Shown: positions 11,489 through 22,992 of the stretch, in pieces | How the letters are laid out: each line of letters begins with the position of its first letter | Numbering within the stretch: the first letter of the stretch is position 1 | Assembly: GCA_040285825.1 (NCBI GenBank) | Contig: JAUPSS010000002.1 | Location: 558,001-622,000 of the forward strand | Direction of reading: 5' to 3' | Source of the DNA: Eukaryota sp. TZLM1-RC | Lineage: Eukaryota; Protista; Metamonada: BaSk clade | DNA length: 64,000 nt | Program-made: the position numbers and the translations under genes | The notes under the pieces: generated by a model | Told to the model about the DNA's origin: nothing | Seen by the model: the letters and a program-made list of their open reading frames with translations, nothing else | Databases searched by the model: none

Positions 11489-14147
11489 ATGTCTGGAATT
11501 ATCCCCGAACCTCATCAATCCGATATTCAGGTCAACACCATTGAAGACCTCGATCGTCTTGTTTGTGATAGTTCACAAGAACTTACTTTAGATCGAACGT
11601 GCCAACTCTGCTCAAAAGGAGTTCTCTACCTTCTCCCAGGAAGCTGTTGACAAAATCTTCATGGAAGCTTCGAAGGCCGCTGCTGCTGCCCGTATTCCTC
11701 TTGCCAAAATGGCTGCGCAGGAAACTGGAATGGGTTTAGTTGAAGACAAGGTCATCAAGAACCATTTCGCCGCCGAAATGATTTTCAACGCCTATAAGCA
11801 CTCCAAAACATGTGGAATCATTGAACGCGATGTTTCCGCTGGTATCATCAAGATCGCTGAACCTGTTGGTACAATTGCTGGAATCACCCCCACGACTAAC
11901 CCCACTGCCACAGCCATTTTCAAGTCTCTTCTTTCTTTGAAGACCAGAAACGCTATTGTTTTCTGTCCTCATCCTCGTGCCAAGGCTGCCACTGCCGCTG
12001 CTTGCCGTGTTGTACATGAAGCTGCTGTCGCTGCTGGAGCCCCACGTGGTGTTGTCGCTTGTATTGCTTCTCCCACCGTTGAACTTTCCAAGGGTTTGAT
12101 GCATCACAAAGGTGTCCACTTCATTTTGGCTACAGGAGGACCTGCCATGGTCAAGGCTGCTTACTCTTCAGGCAAACCAGCTGCTGGTGTTGGTGCTGGT
12201 AACACTCCAGTCATTATTGACGAGTCTGCTGATCTTGTCATGGCTGTCAACTCTGTTCTTGTTTCTAAAACTTTTGATAACGGTGTTATTTGTGCTTCCG
12301 AACAATCCATTGTTTGTGTTGATTCTGTTGCTGAAAAGGTACGCAAAGAATTTATTGATCGTGGTGCTTATTTCTGTACCAAGGAGCAAGCTGAACTTTT
12401 GGGTAAAACCATCATCAAGAACGGTGCCCTTAATGCCGGAATTGTTGGTCAACCTGCCCACAAGATTGCTGAATTGGCCGGTTTTGAAGTACCTGAACAC
12501 ACCAAGGTCTTGATTGGCGACGCTGAAGCTGTTGGCCCAGAAGAACCATTTTCTTATGAAAAACTTTCTCCTGTTCTTGGTTTCTACACTGTACCTGACT
12601 TTACCACCGCTTTGGATAAGGCTGAACAACTTATTCGTTTTGGAGGTTCTGGTCATACCGCATGTCTCTATACTGAACCTAGCCGCACTGATCGTGTTGA
12701 AGCTTTTGGATCCAAGATGGTTGCTGGTCGTATTCTCATCAACCAACCCGCAAGTCAAGGAGCTATTGGTGATATTTACAATTTCAGACTTGAACCATCC
12801 CTCACATTGGGTTGTGGAACCTGGGGTGGTAACTCTGTTTCTGAAAATGTCACAATTAAGCAACTGATGAACGTCAAGACTGTCACCGAAAGACGTGAAA
12901 ATATGTTGTGGTACCGTGTTCCTCCCAAAATCTACTTTAAGCGAAACTCCACCGAAGTTGCCTTGAAGGAATTGGCTGGAAAGCAACGTGCTCTCATTAT
13001 TACTGATAAGGCCCTTCACGAATTGGGATACTCGGAACGTGTGGAAAAGATGCTCATGGATCTCAATATCGATTGTGAAGTTTTCTCTGATGTCAAGCCT
13101 GACCCAGATACTGAAACTGTTTTCAAGGGTCTTGCCAGATGCAAGAGTTTCAAGCCTGATGTTTTCATTGCTCTTGGTGGAGGATCTCCAATTGATGCTG
13201 GTAAGATTATGTGGCTCTTGTATGAACATCCTGAATTACGTTTTGAAGACCTTGCCCTTCGTTTTATGGATATCAGAAAGAGAATTATCTCTTTCCCCAC
13301 TGAACACAAATCCATGTTCATTGCTATTCCAACTACTTCCGGTACTGGTTCTGAAGTTACTCCATTCTCTGTCATTACAGACACTGAAACCAAGATCAAG
13401 TATCCACTCGCTGATTACGCCATTGTTCCTGATATGGCCATTATCGATAGTGATTGGGTTATGACTATGCCAAAATCTCTTGCTGCTTTCTCTGGTTACG
13501 ATTCACTCACTCACGCTCTTGAAGCTTACGTAGCCACCACATCATCTCCATACACAGATTCATTAGCTATTCAAGCTTCCAAGGGTGTGTTTGCCAATCT
13601 TACCGAATCAGTCAATGAAGGTACCCCCAAGGCTCGTGAAGCCATGCACAATAGTGCAACAATGGCTGGCATGGCATTTGCTAATGCCTTCCTTGGTATT
13701 TGTCACTCTCTTGCTCACAAACTCGGTTCCAATTACAACATTCCTCACGGGCTCGCTAATGCCATTCTCTTACCACATGTAATGAGCTTCAATGCAACTG
13801 ATGCTCCACAAAAGATGGCCATCTTCTCACAATACCAGTATCCCAAGGCTTTGGAACGTTATGCTTCAATGGCTGATTGCTTAGGTGTTTCTGGATCCAA
13901 CAATGCTGAAAAGACAGAAAACCTTATCAAGGCTTGTGAAGACCTCCGTGATTCCGTCAAAATCCCTGCCACCATTAAGGATGCCGGTGTCACTGAAGAG
14001 GCTTTCATGGCTGGAATTGATAACCTTGCTGAACAAGCTTTTGATGATCAATGTACCGGAACCAACCCCAGATATCCTCTTATTGGTGATCTCAAGAAAA
14101 TCTTACTTGATGCTTTCCATGGAACTAGACAACCAGTTCGTGGTTAA
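11489..14147 (+). CDS. adhE: Bifunctional acetaldehyde/alcohol dehydrogenase AdhE, two exons (11489-11560, 11592-14147), 875 aa
   Basis: EDKVIKNHFA, PTTNPT.TAIFK, TGGP.MVKAAYSSGKP, FDNGVICASEQ, GCG.WGGNS, GGGSP.D, PTTSGTGSEVT and H.LAHKLG. Removing a 31-nt GT-AG intron restores the conserved N-terminus. Confidence 0.95.
11561..11591 (+). other. 31-nt spliceosomal intron (phase 0) in adhE
   Basis: GTTTGTGATAGTTCACAAGAACTTACTTTAG; splicing joins ..IEDLDRL|IERANSAQKEFSTFSQEAVDKIF in frame, matching the AdhE N-terminus. Confidence 0.88.
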
Positions 14148-14456
14148 TTTTTAGCTAGTGTATATTTTTGATTTGATGATTTTTAGTTTTTTGCAGCATG
14201 ACTGAATTATGGTGACATATAATAAACATTTTTCGCTTTGTGAAAACTTAATTCCTCTGATAAAGCTGCACTAGAGAGAGATGATTCGACGAGTATTTGT
14301 CAGTCCTAAAACATTCAACAGATTTTTTATTGTGTATTTCATATTTGTTGTTGAATAAAAATAGAATCATTGAAAAAAAAGATTGAAGCAATTTCTGGAC
14401 AATTTATTATGGAATTTGAATTTATTTATGTGAATTTTCTGGACGTCATTGAGAAG

Positions 14457-14683
14457 CAGGGATTATTAAAGTGGTCCAAAAAATGGAATTAAAGTACTTT
14501 ATTTACTTTAAACTTTATTTTGTACTTTTTACTTGATGCAGTAAAGTTGCTTAAAGTGAGATAAAGTAGTGACAGCTCCCAATCAGGGATGACTAAAGTG
14601 GTCCAACATATGGAATTAAAGTACTTTATTTACTTTAAGTAATGTAAAGTGACTAAAGTACTTTATCACTTTAGTCATCCCTG
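14457..14683. mobile_element. Non-autonomous hAT-type MITE with a duplicated left end
   Basis: 17-bp TIR CAGGGATGACTAAAGTG (14584-14600) and CACTTTAGTCATCCCTG (14667-14683); a second degenerate left end at 14457; 8-bp TSD TTGAGAAG at 14449-14456 and 14684-14691. Confidence 0.85.
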
Positions 14684-15151
14684 TTGAGAAGTTCCTCAAG
14701 ATATGGTTGCACAATGTATATAATAAATGTATGTATCTTTTCTCCGGTGATACAATATATAAAATAGGAGTGTCTGATTGAACAAAATACTGTATGGAGT
14801 TTTGAAATGTTATCTACTGAGTACGTTCAATCTATCTAGTTTGACTACAATGGAATGGGTTAAAGTCAAATTGGTGACCGCATAAGGAATAATTGTATAT
14901 ACTGTATATCAAACTATCTAGATATTGATTCTTAGTTAAATGTGAACTGGGCTTAGTGATGATGAACTGATTGGTCATGAACCATGAAAGTGGATGAAAT
15001 GTATGATGATTAGTGATAAGTATAGATCAATTGCATATATTAAAAACAAATAACACTGAAGAATTGAGAAAAATAATTTGTTTATTGCAGTAATAGAAAA
15101 AATTAACCTAAAATAAGTAGAGGTAAAAAACCAAAAAAAATAAAAAAATAT

Positions 15152-15916
15152 TTACATTTTTTTAAAAAAAGCTGTAATTGAAGGTTGAGTTGATTTTTTT
15201 TGAGTTATTTTACCAGACTTGCTAGTTTTTGTTGTTCTTCCTTTTTCATTTGATGTTAAATCAACCACCTCCTCTCTTTTCTTTTTAAATGGTGGAGCTG
15301 ATGGTTGGGATTGGACGTGATTGGCAGAATTGTCGTTCTTGCAAGGGTCATCATCATCGATATCGAAATCAGACTCGTCATCGTCAGTAATTCGTAGTAA
15401 TTTAGTCTTTCTGGTGAAGTTTGTTTTCTTTGGCTTTGGTTCAACTACTTCTACTATCTCCTCGGACCTTGTAGAAGGTATAGATGGTTTAACCTCACAA
15501 GAAAGCTCTTCAGTTGTTACAAGAGAAGGAGAACCAGAGGCGACTTCCATAGGGACTTCATCTTTTGAACAAAATGGAAGGGCCTCAGTGGGAGTATTGA
15601 GATAATCGTTGATGAGAATAGTCGAGAGAAGAGGTTGGGTATCAGTAACCTTTGGAGCTATAGCATAAAGCGAGCTGTCAATAAGTGAGCTACAGTGAGA
15701 TTTAGATAATGGAGTATGAGAAAAACGGAGACTATACCCCTGATCAGTGGAGACTAAATTGGCGTAATAGAAATACAGTGATTGATGATGAGATTCTGCA
15801 AACTGGAAAAACATGGACCTGCAGTGTTGTGATGATTGGTTTAATCTGGCCTGGAAACTCTTGAGTGTTACTGGGACTTTTTCATCAAAAAGCAAAGACT
15901 GAAGAATTGACGACAT
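15152..15916 (-). CDS. POLD3: DNA polymerase delta subunit 3 (POLD3/Cdc27-like)
   Basis: C-terminal PIP box QPSITAFF, N-terminal DEK.PVT.K winged-helix-like start, and a charged low-complexity linker. Confidence 0.7.
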   Translation of the reverse strand: MSSILQSLLFDEKVPVTLKSFQARLNQSSQHCRSMFFQFAESHHQSLYFYYANLVSTDQGYSLRFSHTPLSKSHCSSLIDSSLYAIAPKVTDTQPLLSTILINDYLNTPTEALPFCSKDEVPMEVASGSPSLVTTEELSCEVKPSIPSTRSEEIVEVVEPKPKKTNFTRKTKLLRITDDDESDFDIDDDDPCKNDNSANHVQSQPSAPPFKKKREEVVDLTSNEKGRTTKTSKSGKITQKKSTQPSITAFFKKM

Positions 15917-15991
15917 TCTGACGAAAATTGACTATAACAATGAAGTAATTTATGTTGATGTAAGGAGATAGAAGTGGAATAATTACAAAAA

Positions 15992-16470
15992 CTATCTACT
16001 ACACAGATATAGAGGCCTTTCATTACCACTCATTCTGGATTCAGTGATCGAAAACATACTAAAACATGTCAGCTTATTTCTTGTCAACAGCTTTTTTGAA
16101 CCATTGTTACTGAATTTACATTCTGGTTAATGCAAGCTACAAAAAGACAACGAGGGTCTTTTCTCGCTTTTCGAATCTGAGATTGGTTACCCTCAAAAAT
16201 GTATAAAGCGATTCAAAACAAACAGGTCATTTTGCAAAACTTATATCCATTTCTTTTGAGAAATTGAAACCATCCAATACCTCAATTCTCTGTTGTTTCA
16301 GATTTTTAGAACCGTTTTTACCATAATCAGCCATTAGTATTAAAGTTTCTTTTGGGTTGCCAAACTGTTGAACAAGGTTTTTTAACAACCAGCTTTCAGT
16401 CTTTTGCTTATGAATAAAGGTTGCATATTATGAATGCTCCACAAGTCAAGACTGTAAACGTCAATAAAAT
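15992..16470 (-). pseudogene. Fanzor C-terminal remnant (family of the 36537 copy)
   Basis: Nucleotide similarity to 36537-37050 (KNLVQQFGNPK, FLKRNG, ..RP.YLCSR*), with several indels. Confidence 0.85.
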
Positions 16471-18087
16471 TTGATTGCATCGGTTGACGAACAATTTTTC
16501 ATTGGTCAACATTGGGTACTTGTCGCATTCTGGATCAAATCCAGAACAGCAAAAGCTTTTCTTTTTGATAGTCTTCGTCATAATGAAGAACAACATCAAA
16601 AAAATTAATTCAATAATTTTTGAAAAACTTTGAATCAATATCAGTCAGAATTTATCTGAATTTTTTCAATCTACTTTGTATGATTGTGGAAAATTCACCT
16701 CATTGTTTGCAAGAAGAATGATCAATTTGTTTTTGCCAAATCAGTTTAATTCAATCGCTTCAGTTCAAATTAAACAATTTGTCAATAAAGACAAAAGATG
16801 TTTCTATAGCTGTGTTGGCAATGAACGAAAATCATTTGAGACAAAGAAATGCTCTTCTGTACAAAAAACCATCAGAAAAATTCGAGCTGATGTACTGAAC
16901 ACACTTTTGAAACGTGTAAAAACCTCTTCAATGAGAATCCGCTGACTCATTAACCTATACCCTTTAATAACACCATCAAATGTCAAATGACAATTTGCTC
17001 TTAGGCTTTTTTTCATATTGATATTGAAACTTTCATGTTGGGTAAAAAAGTCAGTGATGGGGATGAAATAATAGTCATTTCTGCAAGAGAGCATTCCATC
17101 TCTCACTGTCAATCTACAAGAAAGTTTGTTTCTGTTTCTCATATTGTAACCCGAGAACAGATTGAATAAAATCTTTGTTTTTGTGATCTTGTAGAAAAGT
17201 TAACAAGCAGAAATGAACAATATTGTTAAGTTGATGATAAAAATATCACTTTATATCATCATTTCTCTGAAAATGAATTGCTAAATTGATTTAAAAAATT
17301 ACTAGAAACTTACAATCCTCATATAATAGGTGAATTCAATATTGTCAAATTTGACACCCCACATATTATGAAACGTTCTGAAAATGAGGACTTTCTTAAG
17401 GGTGAATTTGATGCTAGTGAATGGATTCAATACTATAATTCAAATCTACTAGTATTGAATCACTACTACTTGAACCCCTTGATTGCTGGTTGATTTATTG
17501 TTGATACTTGTAGTATTAGCACAAATTATTATCAACCACGCAAATTAAAAACAGTTTCTAAAATTTTATTAGGGGAAAGTAAAATTGACCTTGATCCTCA
17601 GTATATTGCAAAGTATTGGAAGGTTCATGCAAATAATCCTTTCTCAGATTTTTCCTTATCCCAAAGAAGAACACAGTTGCAATTTATTGTCAGAGGGATA
17701 CATATTAACCATGAAATTATTTAATTTCTTTAACAATGACCAATTCATGGAAACTGTTAAACATAAACCTTATGATGGTTAGAAGGAGAGTCTAAAAAAT
17801 GTCATCAGAGATCCCAAAATGATTGACGTGATCGCTGAGGTAGTAATTAGGTGTCAGGAAATTTCTATTGTTGGTTTAGAATTCATTTGTGGTTATTATT
17901 TGCATCTTTTTCACTTACACCCTAATGATATTTTACCAAAAATTAAAAAGGAATTATTTCGTGACGGTTTTCTTGTGGTGAAATCTCAAAGTGAGGAGGA
18001 AATTTACCTTAGCCCAAAGACAAAAACAGCTTTACCAGATCCTCGTTGTGCGATTGCTGTAATTCTCTTTCCACCAGTTCAAAGACA

Positions 18088-20174
18088 TGTAGTGGAAAAT
18101 AACTTTATTTTTAATCTGGACTTCAAAAATGCTTTTAATTCTGTAAAGCGAAAAGCAATTTTTGAAGTAATTAAATCTGATTTTCCTGAGCTAACTAGTT
18201 CTTTCTACCAATTTTATGGTAAAGAATCAGATTCAGTATTTAATTCATTTGGTGTAAAATCATCTTCTGGTGTGAAACAAGGTGATCCTTTAGGCTCGTT
18301 ATTGTTTTGTTTAGCTATTCACACAACTTTAGATATCATTGAGCAAAAATATCCTTCTATAAAAATAGTTGCTTATATAAATGATATAACTTTGATTGGT
18401 TCATTTGATTTACTAGAATTGGTTGCTCAAGAAATTGCCGATTCATATAAAAATATTGGGCTTTATCTTAATGCGAGCAAATGCCTTCTGATTGGCTCTT
18501 CTGCTCAAGATCTTGTGATAAACGATTCTATTGTCCCTTTTACTAATTATAGTAGTGATGCTTTTAAGTTCCTTGGTTGTTGGTTAGGAAACGTGCCTCA
18601 AATTCAGAATGAATTGCAAGTTATTTTGGAAAAAATGAAAATTGAACTTGATTCAATTTCTTCTTTTGATTTAGACAACATGTTAAATTTTTCATGCTTA
18701 AAATTTGCTTTACTGGGAGAATAACTAACATTTTGAGATCTTGTGCTCCTTCCAAAGCATTAGGTTTTTGTCGTTCCTTTAATTAATTGAGAACAGCATT
18801 TTTTGCTGTTTTATTGGATGTAGAACGTGGAATATTGAAAAATCACTTATTTTCTTAAGCAAATTTGAGTGGTATTGGATTTACTAAATTTTCTATTCTG
18901 TGTCAATCAGCATTTTTGGGTGGAGGCAAGAATTCTATTTATGAATTTTCTCGTAGATTTCCTGAAGATTCTCATGTGTTAGTTCCCAGTTGCAGTTCAT
19001 ATTTAAACGAATTATCTTGTGAACTTGATAGATTGCCACCACAAATTTACACCAAATGTTTTCCCCAATTAATTCAAGAAATTCCAAACCGATCTCTTTT
19101 AAATTTACCGTTTTGCTGCAAAAACCGTCAACAAAAATTGTCAAGAATTTTTGAAAGCTTGGAGTTATTTTTTTTTATTTGATGTTAGACTTGGCTTGGC
19201 CAAGAAAAAGAATCCCGCTTTTGCAAATCTTTTACAAGATATGTGTGATAGTACTTCTTCTGCCTTAGTAACAACAATTCCTCAAGTATATGGCATTCTC
19301 TTAACTGATTCTGCCTGGACTTTGAATATGAGATTTCCTTCCTTTATTTGGCCTGATAATTTACCTCATAATTTAATTTGAAAATGTTCGCGAAAAATTA
19401 CAGGATTCAAGATTTTGTAGAGCAAATCTTGGTTCAATGATAGTCGTCCCATTAGTAATGAGTTAATTTAATTAAGTGTGCAAATTCAATAAATAATTTT
19501 GTTTACAATAAATTACAATGACTCATTTCTTAAATTGTCAATATTTTATTACTTTTAGAAGCAAAGTTCACGATGCTGTAAGAGACCAATTATATTGTAC
19601 GTGTAAGTTTCATAGAATTGAATCCTTTTTGGAACCTCTGTTGTCAAATCTGTTTGATAGTGAAGATGATTTTCATAAGAATAATAAAAGTGATGTCATA
19701 TTGCTTGGATTGGATGTAACCTTCATTTTATTGGATGTAATGTCTGTTGATCCTTGTAATGCCTCAAATGAAAGGCTTGTAAATTCTGAAATTCACAATG
19801 CTCTTTCAAATGCTGAAAATTTCAAAATCAAAAACTACAATGAACCTTTGTCCAAATTGCCCAGTCAATAGCATGCAAAAAACAATTTGTATCCATTTGT
19901 ATTCTCTTTTTGGTTCACTTGCTCCAACGGCTATACGTTTTTTGTCAGATTTTGAAATGATTGTAAAGAGAAGAACTAATAGAAACTCCAACAGATTGTT
20001 TTGGCAAAATAGAATTGTGTTTTCTTTTTTTCCGGGGTTGTTGAAGATGGTTTCTGATGCTTTGCATTCACTTGGATCTCACTATGAGAGAGTTGCATCT
20101 AGTGTTTTTGTTTTGGGAGAGATGTTTCACTTAGATGTTGATTTATAGGTTTTAAATAAACTTGATAAAAAAAC
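18088..20174 (+). mobile_element. 5'-truncated RT-RLE non-LTR retrotransposon (family C) nested in the Fanzor
   Basis: LDFKNAFNS, GVKQGDPLG, AYIND, HFLNC..HDAVRD and DV....D motifs; A tail; 10-bp TSD TTCAAAGACA at 18078-18087 and 20175-20184. Confidence 0.88.
19403..19509 (+). mobile_element. Short family A 3' end nested in the family C element
   Basis: Matches the family A terminus (..CTTGGTTCAATGATAGTCGTCCCATTAG..AATAAAT); AAATTACA repeated at 19395-19402 and 19510-19517. Confidence 0.75.
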
Positions 20175-22108
20175 TTCAAAGACAAACTTGTTCCAAAAGT
20201 TTTGTGCAAAAAAAGGAATAAGTAATATTTTGTATTACACAATTGCCAAACTGATAGTAAACTTCAAAAAAGCATCCAAGAGTATTTCTTTGATTACTTA
20301 TATCGGTTTGTTGATGTTTTCCATGATGTTGAGAGAAACAACCATGTCGTGAAAAAACAGGATAAGAAAAACTTCTCATCATTCATCAGCAAAGTTAAAT
20401 ATCTCCTTCAAGAAGGACGTAGAGACATTGATAGTGAAACATTTGCAAGGAGAAAAAAAGTCTCGTCAATTACTTCGCTTTTCATTAATGTCCGGAGCCC
20501 TCTTTTACTTCCCAGTAATTCTAAAAGGGAAAAGTATTCAAAATTTAATTTTTCGTCAAAATCAAATTTGTGTTTGAGAGCAATGTTTTAAATTAATAAT
20601 TATTTAGAAGATGAGGAGAGCAAACCCTTTCATGCTCTGCCTTTGAAGAATTCTTGTATTCCCTCGTATATCAGAATTGACAAGACAAGTTTATTGGACT
20701 TGTTCTTTGTTCAATTCAAGGCCATTCTTGGTCAAAGGTCGTCCTACCAATGCAATAATCAAGCTGCTGATTTGGTTTTATGGAATACCTTTTTGAAAAT
20801 GGACCAGATTAAAAACACGGAACCTTATTCAGAAATTCAAAGTACATCATGTCTAGCATCGAGACTGATGGAATATCAGTATCATTCATTCAATCTAGAA
20901 TGGATTTGAAAAAAAACAAGGTAACTGCAAAAGAATTGAAAGATAAAAGAAAAATATATTGATGACCCCAGCATCAATCCTTCTGATTTTCAAGATATGA
21001 CCCTTGCTGCTGCTGATCCAGGTAAATCTGATCTACTCTATTTTTCTGCAAATTTAGCTTCTGGAATGACTCAGTCAAAACAACCTGAGAGAGATAAATA
21101 TGTTCATTTCAGGTTCACTCAAAATCAACGAAGATTTGAGTAGAAATGTTCCAGATTAAAAAGAATAAGAGACAGCATACGGAATGACACTCTTATCACA
21201 ATAAGTAACTCTACTGGTAGAGTAATTATGAACCATCTGATGAGCAACAGCAGAGGATGGATTTAAGCAGCAGTATAATTAATCAAATGACTGAAAGAAC
21301 AATTAGTTTATTAAGAGGAAAAGTACCTCTAAAAAACAATATTCCCCACGAAATTGATAACTCATTAAATTTGAGTAACAATAATCAAAAAACTAAATCT
21401 GTAGCAGAATAAGAAGCAACTGTATCCCAATTCAATTCCAAAAGTTGCAGGTTTGATAGATTTATGGAGTATATTAAACAAAAGAATTTTGTGAATACTA
21501 TCGTTGGTGAAGTCTATCATCAAAAAATACTTAGGAAACTACGATGATGGGCTGAGATTAATCGCACAAGATCTGAGGCAAAGATGATTCAGAGATTCAA
21601 ATCAGTAATAGGTGATACAGGGCAAGTAGTTATCGGAATCGGAGACTGGGAACAACGAAAACACAAGAAATTCAAAGAACCTACGAAAGGAAAAGGTTTG
21701 AGAATTCTATTTAAAAAGGCTGGTTATAAGGTCTTTTGATTGATGAGTTTCAAACCTGTTGTTGTTGCAATTGTAAGAAAGCGGAGAAAACAGTTGAAAC
21801 ACTCCAATGGTGTAAACATCCAAGGCCATGAAAGAGGCATGAGATGTCTATTCGTCACGGGCTTACCATGTGTAAATCATGCGAAAGTTTGTGGAATAGA
21901 GATCGAAATGCTTCGTTGAATATGTTGGCAGTGATGGTAGCACATGTAGAAGGTGGAGATAGGCCGTAATACCTGCAGAGAGTCAAGGTTGAAGGTTCAA
22001 AGATAAAGGTATCAAGGAGAAAATCTTCCACTTTCTCGCAAACTCAGTCCCTCTACATCGGTGTAAAAAGGACACTTTCTTCATTGTTTTAGACATCATC
22101 TGTTACAA

Positions 22109-22486
22109 ATGGATCCACCATTGTCAAAATTTGCAGAACCTTCTGCTAAACCAATGGAAGCCACTTCTACCCACCCTGGAAGTAAAGATCGTGAGGATGC
22201 CATGATTTGCATTCGTCAACTACTTGTTGCCTGTGGGGATAAGGAGCCACATGATCCAAGAACTGAGGAGTTTCTTTATGATTTTGCCATGGCTTATCTT
22301 GATGGTGTTGCTCACTCTATTGCTGATAAAAGCACAAGAAACCCTAATAACCTAATGGATTGTATTTTCAGACACGACACTTTGAAGAGAGAAGCTGCAA
22401 AGGCAGATTATCTCAAGAAGGGAGAGTTTAAAAACACAAAGCTTTTGAAAGGTGGAATACCAGAAGTACCCATATCCATGAGTTGA
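22109..22486 (+). CDS. TAF13/SPT3-type histone-fold protein (TFIID 18-kDa family)
   Basis: IRQLLVACGD..P...T.EFL.D....YL pattern resembles TAF13; 125 aa. Confidence 0.55.
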   Translation: MDPPLSKFAEPSAKPMEATSTHPGSKDREDAMICIRQLLVACGDKEPHDPRTEEFLYDFAMAYLDGVAHSIADKSTRNPNNLMDCIFRHDTLKREAAKADYLKKGEFKNTKLLKGGIPEVPISMS

Positions 22487-22992
22487 ATATCAAGACAATG
22501 TTCAATAGTGCTCTTGTGTACTGGCTCGTTGGCATTATTATCACAATGCTGGTCATTTTTAATTAGGTTCAAGTTTGATCATAGCTCTGTTATTAATTTT
22601 ATACTGACAACTTAATTAGTTTTACATCAATTCAGTGGTTGCAAAATACATGTTTGCTAATAATTTATTAAAATAAACTGCACACAATTTGACTAGATTA
22701 ACTGAAAAACCCTTTTCCATTTTCAAAACTGCCACAAACACGAATTTTGGGTTCCATATGTTTCTTATCAGCTGTTCGTCTAGATTGATCTTTTGTTTAT
22801 CTGTTGTGGGGAAATTCCCCATCTATACTCTGGGGATCAATAAAGTGGATTAAAGTGTGGTTTTCTTTTGATATAACATGGCAATCAAGTAGACCACTAA
22901 TGAAGAGGTGAAAACAACAATGACTGTGATAACCTCTGATACATAATTTGAAAAGAATAAATGTATGTAAATGTAGGTAAATTACAATCCAA

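Larger units (their letters stand above)
17230..22065 (+). pseudogene. PolB-type 3'-5' exonuclease-Fanzor fusion, degenerate and split by a retrotransposon (18088-20174)
   Basis: Exo part: SENELLN*FKKLLETYNPHIIGEFNIVKFDTPHIMKR, IAG*FIVD, KLKTVSKILLGESKIDL, VAIYCQRD. Fanzor N-terminus: SLKNVIRD..VIRCQEI..LEFICGYYLHLF..LPKI. RuvC-I AAADPGKSDLLY at about 21005; GDWEQ..EPTKGKG..AGYKV..DEF; HGLTMCKSC..WNRDRNASLNM. Confidence 0.85.

Noticed and set aside
12168-13229. 353-aa antisense ORF inside adhE
   Set aside because: Shadow ORF expected from the codon bias of the sense gene; no motifs.
11661-14147. Bacterial contamination or chimeric contig suggested by AdhE
   Set aside because: adhE contains a spliceosomal-type intron and is flanked by eukaryotic genes and shared repeats.
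17280-17500. In-frame TGA at conserved Arg positions, suggesting stop-codon reassignment
   Set aside because: Host genes end in TGA (11077, 22486, 57079), TAA and TAG, and no intact host ORF has internal stops. Point mutation in dead copies explains it.
17819-18724. Apparent Fanzor-reverse transcriptase fusion ORF
   Set aside because: The junction coincides with the 10-bp TSD of a 5'-truncated retroelement, and the Fanzor resumes after the second TSD copy at 20175.
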